The notes under the pieces were generated by a model. The model worked only from the letters and a program-made list of their open reading frames with translations, searched no databases and was not told the origin of the DNA. DNA of 64,000 nt from Octopus sinensis (lineage: Eukaryota): NCBI RefSeq assembly GCF_006345805.1, contig NC_043002.1:106020001-106084000 (forward strand), written 5' to 3'. The translations under genes were made by a program, and so were the position numbers. Below, one piece after another: positions 63,501 to 64,000 of this stretch. Within the stretch, counting starts at the first letter, position 1; every line of letters begins with the position of its first letter.

Positions 63501-64000
63501 GACTATGTGGCCATCTATACAGAATGAATCGTCTGGTAATTTATGCTGTAGGAAAAATATCTCATTCTCCATTGAGAATTAGCTACTCTTGGTATAGGCA
63601 GAAGCAAAGTTGTGTGATTAAGCAGTTTGCTATTCAGCTAAGTCGTTTCAGGTTCAATCTCACCATGCAACACCTTGTTCAAATGTCTCCTTCCAACCAA
63701 GTTTTATGAGTGAAATTTGGTGTACCAAAACCATGTAGAAAGTGCTGAAGGGACCATTTTCACTGGATACTGAGTTTAGCACCACTACCTGGTCCATGGG
63801 TGTCTACTCTCTTGTAAACATTGTGGCCAGGTGTCTGACATGAGAGTAACCTCTTGCCACAAGTCTAGAAAACTCAGAAGTGGGGTCAAAGACACATTTT
63901 CTTGTAATATAAAAAGAAATAAATGTCTAGATCTGTTTCTTACTCATTGGTCCCCTTTTCCCATAGATTCTGCCAGACACCTAGTTTCATGGAAACAGGT

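Noticed and set aside
63469-63536. tRNA-like sequence on the - strand (GGTTCGAATTCC with paired CCAGA/TCTGG ends)
   Set aside because: Only 68 nt, and the T, D and anticodon stems do not pair. At most a decayed tRNA or SINE head.
1-64000. Other Musashi exons (RRM1 exons such as IDPKVAFP..., and the FGFVTF... RNP1 exon of RRM2)
   Set aside because: Not found by eye on the + strand. They probably lie outside the window, but a short exon could have been missed without tBLASTn.

Overview
AT-rich, microsatellite-dense animal genomic DNA with no prokaryotic features. The SINE/MITE repertoire resembles octopus (coleoid cephalopod); this is inferred from memory of the repeat families, not from a database search. 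Most of the window appears to be intron of a + strand Musashi-family RNA-binding protein gene. Two conserved exons are unambiguous: 41504-41596 ([14 protein letters not shown]..., start of RRM2) and 50583-50631 (VEDAMLMFDKTTNRHR/G). The RRM1 exons and the next (FGFVTF) exon were not found and probably lie outside the window. The most notable observation is a CpG-rich, proline-rich 263-codon ORF (29824-30612) ending in a perfect phase-0 GTAAGT donor that matches the phase of the RRM2 exon. It is a candidate alternative first exon giving a Musashi isoform without RRM1. The introns also hold a dead mariner, a ~675-bp fold-back palindrome, a young Penelope-like fragment with a GIY-YIG domain and a type I hammerhead-ribozyme motif, a nest of non-autonomous Helitrons forming long inverted repeats, a Merlin-like MITE, TTAA-flanked MITEs, several SINE families, RTE-type LINE remnants and a 5S rRNA pseudogene. 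Several local rearrangements look like templated insertions or (TA)n-mediated fold-back duplications. All alignments and counts were done by eye, and edges of degenerate repeats are approximate.
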